In this document: positions 11,898 through 26,235 of the stretch, in pieces
Numbering within the stretch: the first letter of the stretch is position 1
How the letters are laid out: every line of letters begins with the position of its first letter
Assembly (NCBI RefSeq): GCF_006345805.1
Contig: NC_042999.1
Span: 170,190,001-170,254,000, forward strand
Length of the DNA stretch: 64,000 nucleotides
Direction of reading: 5' to 3'
DNA from: Octopus sinensis
Taxonomy: Eukaryota
Notes under the pieces: model-generated
What the model was told of the DNA's origin: nothing
Database searches by the model: none
Seen by the model: only the letters and a program-made list of their open reading frames with translations
Made by a program: the position numbers and the translations under genes

Positions 11898-12206
11898 TTT
11901 TTTATGTGCGGCAAAGAAATAAACAAAAGCCATTTCCAAAATCTTGGCATAACAAATGAGGCTGGGTAATAATTTGTAAGAGAATTACTGAAACAGTTTG
12001 AAAGAAAGTACAATGAAACTATATTTGGAAAGGATTTCCTATCAACAAAATACAAACATTTTTAATCAGATTTGATTTTTAAAAGTATTTAAAATAGAAT
12101 TTTTTCTCCTATAGAAATTTTTTTCCACGATAACTGCAGTGAATTTGTCTTTAGAAGTTAAAATATGTCACAAACATATCTTAAATCTCCTAAAGTTCAC
12201 TTATGC
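11898..12206 (-). pseudogene. MEI1-like exon relic
   Basis: One frame: KDKF...F*ILLKIKSD*KC...NIVSLYFLSNCFSNSL...WLLFISLPHI vs human KEKF...FIRLTLELKARFC...NQVCSNFLYYMCLNLL...ELLQHGLPQI. In-frame stops; donor GTAGGA. Confidence 0.65.
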
Positions 12207-14255
12207 CTAAACACTGCTTGGCACTGATACAGCTGAATATATATATATATATATAATGCCATACAGTGGGATTGAACCCAGAATCAAGTGGTTGTGAAGC
12301 AAGTGCAAAAATGGCATTGTGGTTAAGAAGCTCACTTTGTAGCCATGTGGTTTTGGGTTCAGTCCCATTGTACAGTACTTTGGGCTAAACTCTTTAAGGC
12401 GATGCCCCAGCATCTATTATAGCCCTGAGTTGACTAATGCCTTTAGAGTGAATTTGGTAAAGGAAGCTTGTTGTATGTCTGTGGGTGTCTTTGTGATGTT
12501 TTCATCCCCGACCACCACAAGGCAACAAGTGTTCATTTGTTTAGCAGTTTATCAATCAGTACCAGTCTCCATGTGGACCCCTTTTTTTCTTTTTCTAGCA
12601 CCCTGCCCCAATCAACTATCTCACAGGGTTGCTAAAAGCAGCAGCAGAAGAGGAGGCGGTGGTAGCAACAACAGATGCTGGACCCTTGAGGGATGATTGA
12701 TACTATACTGACCACAGAGGGATGTAAAGTAGGTAGGTAGGTTTAGTTTGGTAAGTAGACAGATACCTCTTTTAAAAAGCAGTTTATGTTGAAGAATGTT
12801 CAAACTGACCTGACTAGGAGTTGAAAACAACTGATACTGAACTACACACACAGCTCCAGTTGTGTTTAAGAATAATCCTTTTTACTATAGGCACAAGGCC
12901 TGAAATTTTGGGGGAGGGGGCTAGTCGATTATGTCGAACCTAGTGCTTGACTGATACTTTTTTCAGTGACCCCAAAAGAATGAAAGGCAAAGTCAATCTC
13001 GGCAGAATTTGAACTCAGAACATGATGATGGATGAAATGTTGTTGAGCCTTTCGCCCAGCTCAGTGCTGTTGCGTTTAAGAACAATGAGTATAGCTTTAG
13101 TGTTTGTGTAGTAAACTACAAAATTATTACATTCTCTTGACTTCCTGTAATTCAGATTTCCTCATGGTCCCAGCAGACAAAATGGGAAAAGTGTTGCCCA
13201 AGAGGATGGCAAGAGAGATGTGTTGGAACAGCCAATCTGACTCATGGGCTCACACTTATGGATAGTCATCTCTGCCCCAATAGCGTAGAGCAGGGATACG
13301 GTCCCCTCCCCGGAAGATGAGAATGCTAGAGGTGTCCGTTGTCACAAGCTCAACCATAAACCTGCCAGGGATCTTCAGTGAACTGCTGATGTATATCTTA
13401 ATGACCTTGGTGGGGGTAGAATGTCAAGTTAACCTTATTGAGATTTGAACTCAGAATGTAAAGACATGTAACTATATACTGCAAGGCATTTGGTTTGGTA
13501 ATTCTGCCATTCACTGCATTCTTCAATGCAGTAAAAGTAGCAATAAAAGCAACAAGACTAAATATAAGATATAAAGAGGGGAAAGAGTTGAAAAAAGATT
13601 GTTGTGACTATGGTTTTAAAACTCCTAAATATGTTTATTCAAAACTGTAGACACAAGTGGCTGAGGGAACAATGGATAAGAAAGAAAAAGAAGGAGAGAA
13701 AAAAAAGACTAATTTCTAAATGGCATAACAAATAAATGTATATCAATTAATCAGCTAGGGAAAAATAACAGAGCTATTAGGGTGCAGGTTTTGATAAGCA
13801 AAGCAGGGGCTGGTACTTCTAAGTAGCTTTCCATTGTGATGTCTTATCAGTGGAGAAAAAACACAAGCAGAACAACCAAATTAAGCAGAAAAATAGTTAG
13901 CTTTGTGCCATTAGAAATCACTACATAAAAAAAAAAAGATCCTTATTGTACAGAGACAGAGCAGAGTGCAAGAGTTGAACAAACTTTGGAAATAAATAAA
14001 TGAATAAATAAAAATATTTCATGAAGGAGAAAAACAATAGTCTGTAAGCTATTGAGCAGTTTAAGAAGCTAACTAGACTAGTTGGTGACCATGATATGAA
14101 TTCAAATCATACCTTGCACACAAACTACATTGCTTTATAATGTATCATGTTTATTATACTAAGTTAAAATGCAACACACAAGGATGATTGTGTTTACAAG
14201 ATATTTTGAATAAGAAAACAGCAGACATTATTAATCAGTGTAATTAAGTAGTTAC

Positions 14256-14380
14256 TTGTTGTACAGATATAAATGGTCTCAGCAAGAGTCCATTGCTATC
14301 TCTGTGTAATGTTGGAACACCCATGTCCTGACAGGACCAAATTAGGTAAACAAAGCCACCTGTTACTGTATGATGCCACC
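14256..14380 (-). pseudogene. MEI1-like exon relic
   Basis: Acceptor ttaattttcag, donor GTAACT. SNRWLCLPNLVL vs ACDSLCIPMVMR; TAG at 14296-14298. Confidence 0.5.
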
Positions 14381-14478
14381 CTGAAAATTAACAAAGGAAC
14401 AGATTGTGTGAGGAAACCTTATTCATTCATTTACTTCAGTCACTACATTATGAGGTTTGGTGTTCAGGATGGTGACAC

Positions 14479-14540
<62 letters not shown>

Positions 14541-14541
14541 T
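14479..14541 (+). repeat. (GAT)n trinucleotide microsatellite
   Basis: About 20 perfect GAT units. Confidence 0.95.
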
Positions 14542-16274
14542 TAATGATTTGTATCTGAGATAAAAACATCCTAGAACCACAGATATGAAAGTCTTAAGAG
14601 TAAATTTTCAAATTACAAATTTTAGAAATATTACTGAATAATCTTAACAATCATAACTGTTTGTTAATTTCATCTTTTATTCATTTCAGTCGTTATACTG
14701 CGACTATGCCCGAGCACTGCCTTGAAGGGTTTCATTGAACAAATCAGCCGTAGTAATTGCATTTTTTAAGCCTGGTACTTCATCTGTTGCTATCATCTAA
14801 ATTGCAATGTTATGGGGACATAAATAAACCAACACTGGTTGTCAGGTGGTGGTAAGACAAAGAAACATACATGCCCCCAGTTTCATTTTTTTTTTTAATA
14901 TCTAGATAGAAAGTTGCACATTATAAATAGATGCTATTTATGAACATTGTCAACATAATTTTTATGCCTGACCAAACAAAACACCAGATGGTGGATTCTA
15001 AAATGTTTTTTTTTAATTTCTGAAAATTTAAAATACTATGTTTGAAATTATTAAGATTCTGATTAAAATGTTTTTTGTTTTAATTAAAAATAATTGTCAA
15101 GCACTGAATCTCTGATGTTCAAATCTAAAGACCATTAAAAACAAAAATGCATGAAAAAAGTCTGAAATTATTTTGTTTTTCTCCCCAAAAAACAACATTT
15201 AAATGATATTTTGTTTTGCTGTAGCAATATGACTATGTATATTACTGTAGAAACTCGAGAGGGAAAAAGAGCATAAACTTAAATAAGTGTACCGTCATTA
15301 TCAAAATCCAACTGATTTTCTAGAGAAAACCCCAAAAAAACCTGATCATGTGATTTCCACAAGTTGACTTTGCAGCAGCTGCACTTTTACATCAGTGAAG
15401 TTCATGAGTTAGATTCAAATGTACTTTCTTGTTTCATTTAGGATGCACGAATATTTTCAATGTACTTTATACAGTAAATGTAATAAATCTCACTAAACAT
15501 TTCCTTTCCTCGTGTATCATACCTATATACTAAAGAAAAGTTAATGTCTGTTGTAGACAGGTTTGTCTGTTGAGAAGTTTGCTTAGCAACAATGTGATCT
15601 TGGGTTGTTCCACCACGTGTCATCTTAGGCAAATGTCTTCTACATTAGCCTCCGCTGACCAAAGCCTTGTCAGTGAATTTGGTGGATGGAAACTGAAACT
15701 ATAAGGTGGCAAGCTGGCAGAAATGTTAGCACGCCGGGCGAAATACGTAGCTGTATTTCATCTGCTGTTATGTTCTGAGTTCAAATTCCGCCGAGGTCGA
15801 CTTTGCCTTTCATCCTTTCGGGTTGGATTAAATAAGTACCAGTTACGTACTGGGGTCGATGTAATCGACTTAATCCCTTTGTCTTTCCTTGTTTGCCCCC
15901 TCTATGTTTAGCCCCTTGTGGGCAATAAAGAAATAGTAAACTGAAAGCAGCCCATTGTGCATGCATGTGTGTGCGACTGTGTTGCGTTGTAGTTGTTCCC
16001 TGCCACCATTTGACAACTGATGTTGCTTTATATATATATATATATATATATCCCCATAACTCAGTGACTCGAAAGAGACCAACAGAATAAGACTTGGTCA
16101 ATCAGTTCTAGTAAGAACTTCAAGGCAGTACCCCAGTATGACCACAGTCCAATAACTGAAATGAATAAAAGATAAAAAATCCTTAAATCCTTAAAAATGT
16201 TTTAGCCCGAAGGCCGCGGCCATGCTGGGGCACCACCGCTGAGAACTTATTTTTTTTATCCGGGATTTCAGTGC

Positions 16275-16494
16275 TCATAATCAAGGGTACTCTTTTACTT
16301 GTTTCAGTCATGTGACTGTGGCCATGCTGGAGCACTGCTTTTAGTCGAGCAGATCCACCCCAGGACTTATTCTTTGTAAGCCTAGTACTTATTCTATCGG
16401 TCTCTTTTGCCGAATTGCTAAGTTACGGGGACGTAAACACACCAGCATTGGTTGTCAAGCAATGTTGGGGGGACAAACACAGAAACACACACAC

Positions 16495-16525
<31 letters not shown>

Positions 16526-16685
16526 GATGGGCTTCTTTCAGTTTCTGTCTACCAAATCCACTCACAAGGCTTTGGTTGACCCGAGGCTATAGTAGAAGAC
16601 ACTTGCCCAAGGTGCCACGCAGTGTGACTGAACCCAGAACCATGTGGTTCATAAGTAAGCTACTTACCACACAGCCGCTCCTACA
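16275..16685 (-). mobile_element. tRNA-derived SINE family 2 (other copies 27755-28135 -, 52255-52625 +, 52628-52870 -, 55610-55960 -)
   Basis: Head ggttcagtcccactgcgtggcaccttgggcaagtgtcttctac, internal microsatellite, tail ccagcatggccacagtc...gactgaaacaagtaaaag. Confidence 0.85.
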
Positions 16686-17252
16686 TTAATAATTATTGTA
16701 TGTAGTACTGAATATTATAGATACTCTGGCTACCAGGTTTCACACTTTGGGCAATACACTGTGCCACAACTGATATCATTATGAACCCTTTCAAATCAGA
16801 CAGGGTTTCTGAAGAGAGGCAAGCAAAATGCAAAAGTTCTGCATAAATTTATCGACATAATCAGAACTAGTGTTCTTTAGTTGTGGCTAAATATGTAGCT
16901 ATGACAGAACATTGACATGAAGAATAGAATTTCTTTTGATATGGGGAATGTCAGAATTAAACATCAAGGTGGAATTTTTTCCTTGCTCAGCATAATTAAG
17001 GCATTTTGCAACCACCTCTAGAAAGAAACTAATTGAAGGATGTTGACGAACATGATGGTCTAAAGGAGATAAGTTTATTTTTATGATGAGCCAGCAGTGG
17101 AGCTATAATGAAGGAACTGGTAAAAGACCATCAAAAGCAGATGGAAGACATGCATCCCGGAAAACATGAGAGATGATAGTAAATAATCTAAGACCTAAAA
17201 AGTTAGTCATTGCTGAACAAACTAGATTCATGTCAAGAATCTTTAGAGTCAG

Positions 17253-17820
17253 TTATGAAATTTTGGCCCCCATCTTCTTCATAACAGGTTTCAATACTGT
17301 GAATTTGATAAACTTGAAGGTGATTAAATTATTGAAGATTGATGGCTCCAAATGACTTGTTAAGGGCATGCACCTTGAATCAAATATGTTGGAATAACTG
17401 CATCTAGAAAATATGCAACTCAATGCAGTTGTGAACTCCATGCAACAACAGGAAATGATATTGCATAATAACAGTTTATATTTTGCATGAAGTTGAATCA
17501 AGAGTTTCTGATACTCGCAGCCTAAAATGTTTACTGTTATTTCAGCACTATCAGTAATCATTTCATCTTTTTCCAACAAAGGATTCTGCCTAAAAAAATC
17601 AGATTTTTCTTCCACATGGCAAAATAATCTATTTCACTCTGTGAACTTTTTGTACTTATATGTTGATGCAATCCATCACAAATTTTCTCAGATTCTACTG
17701 TTAAACTTTTACTTCAGTTGTCAGCTCAACTTATGCACCAGAAAGCACAAAGCTAGAGAGCAATACTTCAGAAGATCCAGCCATCAATCATTTATAAATA
17801 TTTCCTTAAGCTTCCTACAT
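17253..17820 (-). pseudogene. MEI1-like exon relic (includes ORF 17253-17615)
   Basis: L*LCAFWCIS vs LQVASAHCIT (TAG where Gln expected); ICDGLHQHISTKS vs IPEFLFEHLSSSS; VEEKSDFF vs VEEPLFF; EMITDS...KLLIQLHAK vs EAVVRS...KQGLLLFAE. At least two frame changes are needed. Confidence 0.75.
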
Positions 17821-17949
17821 CTAGAGTTGCACAATTTTTAGTAAATATCCATCTCTCAATAAATCTTTTGTGTGTTAACTTTCCTCTTATGTCATTTATT
17901 GCCATGGTATTTTTGTTTTCTTTTAACAACAAAACCAAACAAAACAAAC

Positions 17950-18238
17950 CGTTTCTAATTGCTGTTCTGCCATTCCACCATCAGAAATATGAAAGCCTGT
18001 CAATATCATGTGACCAAGCTTTCACTGCACCAGTTGTTATTAATGTAACTAACATAATATATTCTATTCTGCAGGAAGCTGTTACTGCAAGTAAATATAT
18101 ATTTATGGTTTGTTTCTGTTTCAAGTATCTTACAACTAATTACAGTTTTGCTTTACAGTCTCAGAACCATATTGAAAGCTTCACCTTTAAGGTATAGCTA
18201 TTACTTTGCAGATGTTACTTGTAAAACAAAAACGTGCA
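17950..18238 (-). pseudogene. MEI1-like exon relic
   Basis: Acceptor caattgcag. [39 protein letters not shown] vs human [42 protein letters not shown]; flanked by stops. Confidence 0.65.
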
Positions 18239-19139
18239 CTGCAATTGAAATCTAAGTAGTGTAGGTAACTGAATAATCAGGATTTTGGGCCTAGCAACTG
18301 TAATGATTAGCATCTCAACAGCCACATATTCTACACAATCCTAAATATTACAATGTTTTTTTTTTCAAGAAAACTATGGCAGTAAGTGTAATTAAAGTGT
18401 ACATTTAGAAAATAACAGAAATTCTGCTGTTTGTTACATACAAAATATCTTTTTTATGAGTGAAAAATATCTTGCTTTGGCAAACACCTAAATGTCTAAG
18501 ATATTTCTTTATTGCCCACAAGGGGCTAAACATAGAGGGGACAAACAAGGGCAAACAAAGGGATTAAGTCGATTACATTGACCCCAGTGCGCAACTGGTA
18601 CTTTATTTATTGACTCCGAAAGGATGAAAGGCAAAGTCAACCTTGGTGGAATTTGAACTCAGAACGTAACGATAGACAAAAAACCTATTTCTTTACTACC
18701 GACAAGGAGCTAAACACAGAAGAGACAAACAAGGACAGACAAACGGATTAAGTCGATTACATCGACCCCAGTGAGTAACTGGTACTTTATTTATCGACCC
18801 CGAAAGGATGAAAGGCAAAGTTGACCTTGGCAGAATTTGAACTCAGAACGTAACGGCAGACGAAATACCGCCAAGCATTTCTCCCAGTGTGCTAACATTT
18901 CTGCCAACTTGCTGCCCTTACCTAAATGTCTAAGATAGGCAGTTGTTAATTTTTTTTCCCTTCTTACAATTAGAGATGTCTTTAGAGATGAGGATGTTTC
19001 CATATATTTACATCTACATCCCATTTCAGTTAGAGCTCGCCCTTTTGAAACCTAAGGTAGATGGAAATATCTGTGAATTGTTTTCTCTGAAGATGAAATT
19101 TAAATCAATCATCATGTTTCTCATTAAATATTGTTACTG

Positions 19140-19350
19140 TTATCATCATCATCATCACCATTGTTTAATGTCTGCCTTCCATGCTGGCATGGGTTGGACA
19201 GTTTGACAGGAACCAGCCAGGTAGAAGGCTACTGTGTCTGTTTTGGCATGGTTTTTACAGCTGGATGCCCTTCCAAATGCCAACCCCTTCACAGTGTGGA
19301 GTGGGAGCTTTTATGTGGCACCAGCACTGGCAAGGCCACCAAATAACTTG
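19140..19350 (-). mobile_element. (ATG)n-tailed SINE/LINE-tail family 3 (other copies 20222-20530, 37515-37800, 40325-40580, 55970-56200, 60660-60750)
   Basis: catcatcat-ttaacgtccgctttccatgctggcatgggttggac...ggatgcccttcctaacgccaacc repeated many times. Confidence 0.8.
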
Positions 19351-20842
19351 CAAGGCAACGAATTTTGAGAGGGGTGGGGGCATTGGAGGAGGGGATCTTG
19401 TGTCAAATGATGAAAGGTTAAAGTATGACAGAAACAGGTGTATTGCTATAGAGGAGGGGACAGAGAGAGAGAGAGAGAGAGAGGGAAAGAAAGGCAACTA
19501 GAAAGAGGAGAGAAACAGGTGTGCTGATGTAAAGGAGATGATTGATTACCTGGCCAGAGGAAGAGCTATGTAAATATTGAAGATTGTCGGAAACATCATC
19601 ATTGTTTAATGTCCACATTCCTAAGCTTGCATGGATCAAATGGAATTCATTGAGGCAGATTTTCTACAGCCAGATACCCTTTCTGCCATGTACCTTCACT
19701 TGACTCCAACCAAGTTATTTCCCAGAGATTTGACACTTTTTCATGGAAGATTGGAAATGAATGACACTGCTTATAGGACAGTGATGCTTGTTTACAACTG
19801 CATGTAATCAAAATAAGGAGACATGCGTGCACACACACAAACATAACAGGTTGCTTTTTCAGTTTCCTCACAAGTGTTTGGTTGACCTGGAGCTTTAATA
19901 GAAGACACTTTCCCAAAGTGCCATGCAGTGGGACAGAATCCCAAATCGCTGGCTACGAAGCAAACTCCTTAACCACCCAATCATGTCTTACTGACACTCC
20001 TGAAATCCCACTGATATCTTTTAGTCAGCAAAGTAGTTAACGTTGTCCCTTAGAAATTGTAGTCAAGAGATGGCATAGATTTTATTACTAGACTTGTTTC
20101 CAATTTACATTAAATATTGTGAAAGTATTAGAGTTACAAAGAAGCATGAATAATGTTAGTAAGACATTCAAAGCTATTTGTATAAGATTCTCTTCTGATA
20201 TCTGTCTATAAATATAAACATTTATCATCATCATCATTGTTTAACATCCGCCTTCCATGCTGACATGAGTGGAAACGGTTTGACAAGAGCCTGCACAAGA
20301 CTTCTGTGACTGTTTTGGCAGGATTTTTACAGCTGGATGCCCTTCCTAACACCAACCACTCATCAGAGTGGGCTTAGTGCTTTTTACGTGGCACAAGTAC
20401 AGATGAGGTCAGTTTTGGCAAGGTTTTTACAGTTGGCTGCCCTTTCCGAACACCAACCACTTTACAGTGTGGATTGGGTGCCATTAAGTGGCACCTGCAC
20501 TGACAGGGCCACCGAGTACTTGCAAGACATTAAAAAAACAAAAACTTATAAATATCCTTTGTACTTATAGTAGGCACAAGGCCTGATATTTTTGGTGAGA
20601 GAGCTAGTTGATTACATCAACCCTAATTCTCAACTTGTACTAATTTCATCAACTCCAAAAGTTATTCTCAGAAGAAATTGAACTCAGAACATAAAGACAA
20701 AAAAAATGCCACTAACCATTTTGTCTGGCATGCTAATCCTGCCAGCTCACTCAACTTATATAAACATGAGTGTATGAATGCATGTATATATTTGTGTGCA
20801 TAAATATACATGCATACATACACATCTCTCTCTCTCACTCCC

Positions 20843-20846
<4 letters not shown>

Positions 20847-20916
<70 letters not shown>

Positions 20917-20925
20917 CATATATAT

Positions 20926-20966
<41 letters not shown>

Positions 20967-21005
20967 CATACATATATATATATACATACATACATATATA
21001 TATAT

Positions 21006-21080
<75 letters not shown>
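20847..21080. repeat. (TA)n/(TACA)n compound microsatellite (similar runs at 10559-10622, 11566-11622, 11799-11846, 46215-46360, 57459-57522)
   Basis: Direct reading; source of the YIYIYI ORFs. Confidence 0.95.
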
Positions 21081-21086
<6 letters not shown>

Positions 21087-21161
21087 AATATTACTTCCAA
21101 TTAAAAAAAAAACTTAACCTGTAGTTTTGTTTTGACCTAAACAATCAGTCAGGAGTTCTAC

Positions 21162-21328
21162 TTAGATCAAAAATAGCTCTGTTGAATTCTGTAAACAGCA
21201 GATAAGGTGATATGTAGTGTTTGGGACAAATCCCAAATGTAGATATTGTAATAAGCCTGTTTGTCTGACCAGCTGGCTGACTAACAACCACACTTGTCTC
21301 AATGTTTTGATTAAGGCTGTTATTTTCA
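21162..21328 (-). pseudogene. MEI1-like exon relic (also open in a second frame)
   Basis: Strong polypyrimidine acceptor (ctataattttcag). ITALIKTLRQVWLLVSQLVRQTGLLQYLHLGFVPNTTYHLICCL resembles human [48 protein letters not shown]. This frame ends in TAA at a weak GTAGAA donor. Confidence 0.65.
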
Positions 21329-24300
21329 CTGAAAATTATAGCAATGGACAGATTGAAAAGAAAGAGGCAACACATGTAATGTTTGGACATTTGGTTTCTC
21401 CATAGGCTATTGAGAAAACAAAATAGCACACATCACAGAATCATGAACAGTACATAGATCAATTATACTACAAAAGATGTGTACACACAGAAGTATGTGT
21501 ATATATACATAAATATATATATGTGTGTGTGTGTGTGTGTGTAAATGGGTGTGTATACATGTTTACAACTGACAGTGAGCTATGCTACAGACCATGACAT
21601 AGTTTATAGCTGAGCTACAGGCAACGATGTCATTGTTTCTGACTGAGCTGCAACTGGTAACTTTTCCTGTCAACAAATTGTCTAGCTCAATGCTTTTGGA
21701 TTCCTCTGGAATTAAAATACTTGTCCTTGCAAAAAAGCAAGCAAGAGTTACTAGCAGGAAAAGCATCTGACTTTAAAAATACTGCCTTAAAAGTACCTCC
21801 CCATATAATCCTTGATAGAAGGGGGGAAAAAAAACCAGGCATTAAATGAAAGAACAAATGAATACACACACAATTGTGTATGTGTGTACACACGCATACA
21901 TATATACACTTTGATCTAAGCCAAACAACTAAATGGCCCCTTTTCCATGCTTGTATGGGTTGGAAGGATTTTATCAAGGAAGATTTCCTCGGGCCTGCTG
22001 CTCTTTCTGTCTGCTTGCATGGCAGAAAAGTTACTTTCTTGAGTCATGCCAATTCATAAGGGCCAATCACCCCAGTTTCATGGCATATAAATTCCCCTCC
22101 TGGACAGGCAACACTGGTGAGTCACAGGATCACTTATATTTGCCAGCTGAGTGGACCAGAGCAATGTGAAAGTGTTTTGCTCAAGAACATAATGCATTGC
22201 CCAGTCCAGCAATCAAAACCATGATTTTACGATGAAGAGTCCAATCCTCTAACCACTGAGCCATGCACCCCCAGCTTGCATGACAGTGACAATCATTTAC
22301 TACAATTGCATGATGGCAAGACAAGGAGACAAACATACACATGTATATATTTCAGTTTCCCTCTATCAAATCCACTTACAATGCTTTGGTCGTCTCAGGG
22401 CTAGAATAGAAAACGCTTTCCCATGGTGCCACAAAGTAAGATCTAACCTGTAATCATGTGGCTAGAAAGCAATATTTTCAACCACACAGCTATGCATGTA
22501 GCTCACTTGCATGTACATATGTGTGTGCTAGTGCCACGTAAACACCATGCCAAAACAGACATAGCAAGTGTTGGTGCCATGTGAAAAGCACTCAATCCAC
22601 CTTGTAAAGAGGTTAGCATTAGGAAGATCATCCAGCCGTAAAAACTATGCCAAGCTCCTGTCAAAACTATCCAACCCATGCCAACATGGAAAGATAGTCG
22701 TTAAATGATGATCCAATGCATCATCCCCTGAACATGCACAATTTGTTGCCAAAGCAAGGCACCAGCCAAAAGAATCCCCATCATAAACATGTAAGATCCT
22801 TTCCAAATGTCCAGACATATCCCCAACATCCTAGAACAATAATAAAACAGTAACTTCCCACTCAGTCCTAACAATCTTACACTACGATAGATGCATCAGC
22901 AACAACATCAAAAACACTGGGGCCAAGATGCCACCCCCCCCCCCGTCTGAAGCAGGAACTGAAAGGAATTGTCATGACTTCACTAAGTCTGTTTTGCTCT
23001 CTTTTATTGTGACTATCACTAGATCCTCTCTCACACAAGTATCTATATGGTTGCTAGACTTGTTAAAAATAAGAAGAATGCAGTTCTAGATATATTAATT
23101 TATCTAAAGATGAGATGAGATGAACTGGAAGACGTGCATGAGTGGAGTGCCACACTGTTACACTTTTGGCTGTTATATGTGGTTGATATGAAAGGTTTGT
23201 AGAGACAATAAAAGATTTTACTTGTGTTCCTTAATTGCTTCACTGGCTTCAGATACAATATGTAAGTGAAAAAAAAAAAAAAAAAAGAAAAGAGAGAGAG
23301 AGAGAGAGAAAGGAAATGTGATGGTCAAAGCTGAAGAATTTCTCATCTTAAGCCTGCTTGGTCAGGCTTGACATGGGTCTGTATAATAACTGTATATTTT
23401 AGCCACCACCCAAATATGAAATGGACCTTTTAGTGACAAAGGAAAGGATTACTTGTAATTCTTCAATATCATACAGTTATTTATCCGAGACTGAATTTGT
23501 GATGAAAAACAATATTATCTGTTTTAAATAGCCGTCATAATTATATATATCACTGACAATTATATTATCAAATGAATGATTAAATTTGTTACAGTTTGCT
23601 TATCTTAGTAGATTTATAAAATGTGACCACACATTCACCTACTTTTACCTGTATTAACCTAAATACATCTTGGTAAATAACAAATGACTGTTTAGTATAT
23701 AAGATATGTTAGATTAGTCAATATACACATATGTGGCACAGGATGAATAGGGTTGGCTTTCAAAACTACATTTCATAATGACTGTGTTGGAAACATGTAT
23801 TCTTTACCACTAACTCATCTTAATTTCATCACCAAGACTATTTTATATCAGATTTTCCATGCTGGTATGGGTTGGACCATTTTCTGAGGTAGTGTTTTAT
23901 ATAGTCTGGCCCTTCCTACTGCCAACCCTTACAGTTGTGTCTTGTAGTATCCAAGGATACAGTGCAAATAGTGAAAAGCTGGAGCACACAAGGTAACTCA
24001 TTATCTCAATGGTTATACTGTTAAGCCTAAAACATTAAACTGTGGTAGTTTTTTCTTTTTTCTTTTTATTAAACTCACCCTGGTTAGCCCTTATCAAGCA
24101 GGCCTATGATCAAAGGTTTTCCAGCCTTGACCATCAAGTCTTTTCTTTTCAGACAAAGTTTATCTAGAACTACATTATCCCATGTTTCCTTATTTTTGAA
24201 AGGTGGTAAGGTCTAACTTAGGGGTAGATTTGGCTCCATTTCTAGCAGATCAAACAACCACATAAAGATCACCCTCTCATTGATTAACACACCTGGTTGT

Positions 24301-26235
24301 GTTTTCTCTGGGGGATTTTCTCCAATAATGGAGAGGGGATAAGGTATGTGTGTGTGTGTGCAAGCACACATATGTTTAGGAAATTGAAGGAAGTGATTTT
24401 AGAGAAGGTTTCACTGAGTATAAATATTGAGAACCATTGAATAACAGGGTGTGTGAAGGGTAGGTAACAGCTGTGTAATGTAATATACACTGAAATAAAA
24501 TGTGTTTATGGTTGAGTTGCTTGAACATCAGGTCACAGATCTAACACAGTTAAAGCCTTTGTGCTTTGTCCATAAACAATACATATTAAATTACTGACTT
24601 TAACAAGCTGAAAAACAACTATTGTTGTTGCTGCTGCTGCTGCTTAGCTCCACACCAGCCTGAATAGAAGAGGCCTATGAACAGAGGTAGTCCAGTTTCG
24701 ACCATCCATTTTTGTTTTTATTGTCTGAAGGGTGAATTGGTAGAGTTGTTGGGGCTTTAGATGAAACGCCTTTTTTTCCAGGTTCATGTACTGAGTTCAA
24801 ATCACACAGAGGATGACTACCTTTTAACCGTCTGGGGTTGATAAACAAAGTAGCTGTCTAGAGCAGTGGACAGTGGAATCATTAGAGCACTTTTTCAGCA
24901 TTTGTTCTGACTCTTAACATTTTGAGTTCAAATCCAAATGTGGTTCGCTTCTGTGGCAAACTTTGTTGCCTGGTTTAACACCACTATCAGATTCTCAGTT
25001 ATCTTTAGCAGAAGAGGTCACTCTCTTGTAACCATTTAGACTAATTTTCCAGTTTGCGGCTGCCTTCCTACCAACCTCTCACAAGCCTTAGAGGTCCTGT
25101 GAACTGCTCTTTCATCCTCCATGATAAAAAAAAAAAAAATCCATCTAGGACTACAGAATCCAATGTATTATCTTGAAATGAAGTGGTGAATTCAAAATAC
25201 TTTCAGAAGGACAAACAAGGGACCCTCAACATAACTATTCAATCTACTAAAAATAACAGCCAAATCTAACTTTCATCCACACCTTACCATTGATTACCTG
25301 TAGAGCTCAGATTTTTGTAACTGAGTTATTGGAGCAATAACGAATTACACCTTGTACTATTTATTCCAGGTTCTTTCACAAAATGGCACCCAAAGAAGCC
25401 CCACATTTACATCAGTAGTTTATTATCCGTGTTTTTCTACGTTTCCTTTAATGCTCTTAGGACACCTGGGCCAATTGATCAGCCCAAATGATACAAGCTG
25501 AAAGGACTTTCAGGCTGATCTATTGTGAATGTTTGAAGTGTAATAGCCAATCAGAGATCATCTTTCAGAAGATGTATTTCCTGTTGTCACAGAAACATTT
25601 ATGCTTATTATTTTATTTATATTTACAAGTATTGTGTTGTTTTAAGCTTTCAAAATATATATATTGCTGTGTCTGGGAAGAGTCATTCTCTTTTAGTACC
25701 TTATTATTTAACACACTCACTGGTAAACTTTCCACTCATTTAATTATTTATTTTTCCAAAAATTTTCATTGCGTCTTGCAACCTTTCCAATGGTCGTTAA
25801 CTCTGTCCATTATCCGAGATGCATTCTTTTCGTTTGTGTGTGCACATACACATGCATGTATGTGTGTGCATATGTATATACATATGCACATTTATATACA
25901 TGTATTCTGCACATTCATGTGTTTGCACCTCTGTCTCCTTGTATGTGCATGTTTGAGTGTGTCTGTGTGTCTCCATATGTGTCTTTGAGTGAAGTGAAGT
26001 GTGTGTGTATATAGTTATGTGTTTCAGTCTTCATTTGCGTATGTATGTGTGCTTGTCTGTTCATATTACCTATGTATTATCTATCTGTATGTCTGTCTGT
26101 TTACATTCATATCCATTTACCTACATATATGTGCATATACATATACGTATACATATATACACACACACACACATCTACATAACAGCCCACTAACTATTCT
26201 ACCTGTATATAAATATAAACTGTGGGTATGATCAC

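Noticed and set aside
14273-14563. Plus-strand ORF with poly-Asp
   Set aside because: (GAT)n microsatellite joined to the antisense of an MEI1-like exon.
15705-15800. tRNA genes at A/B-box-like motifs
   Set aside because: They are SINE heads followed by conserved SINE bodies and do not form a full cloverleaf.
20668-21104. ORFs rich in [10 protein letters not shown] or CVCV (also at 10.5, 46.1-46.6, 52.0, 54.3, 57.2 and 62-64 kb)
   Set aside because: Translations of (TA)n, (CA)n and (TACA)n microsatellites.
25488-25988. 166-aa plus-strand ORF
   Set aside because: Low-complexity, half microsatellite-derived, no splice or domain support; probably decayed element sequence.
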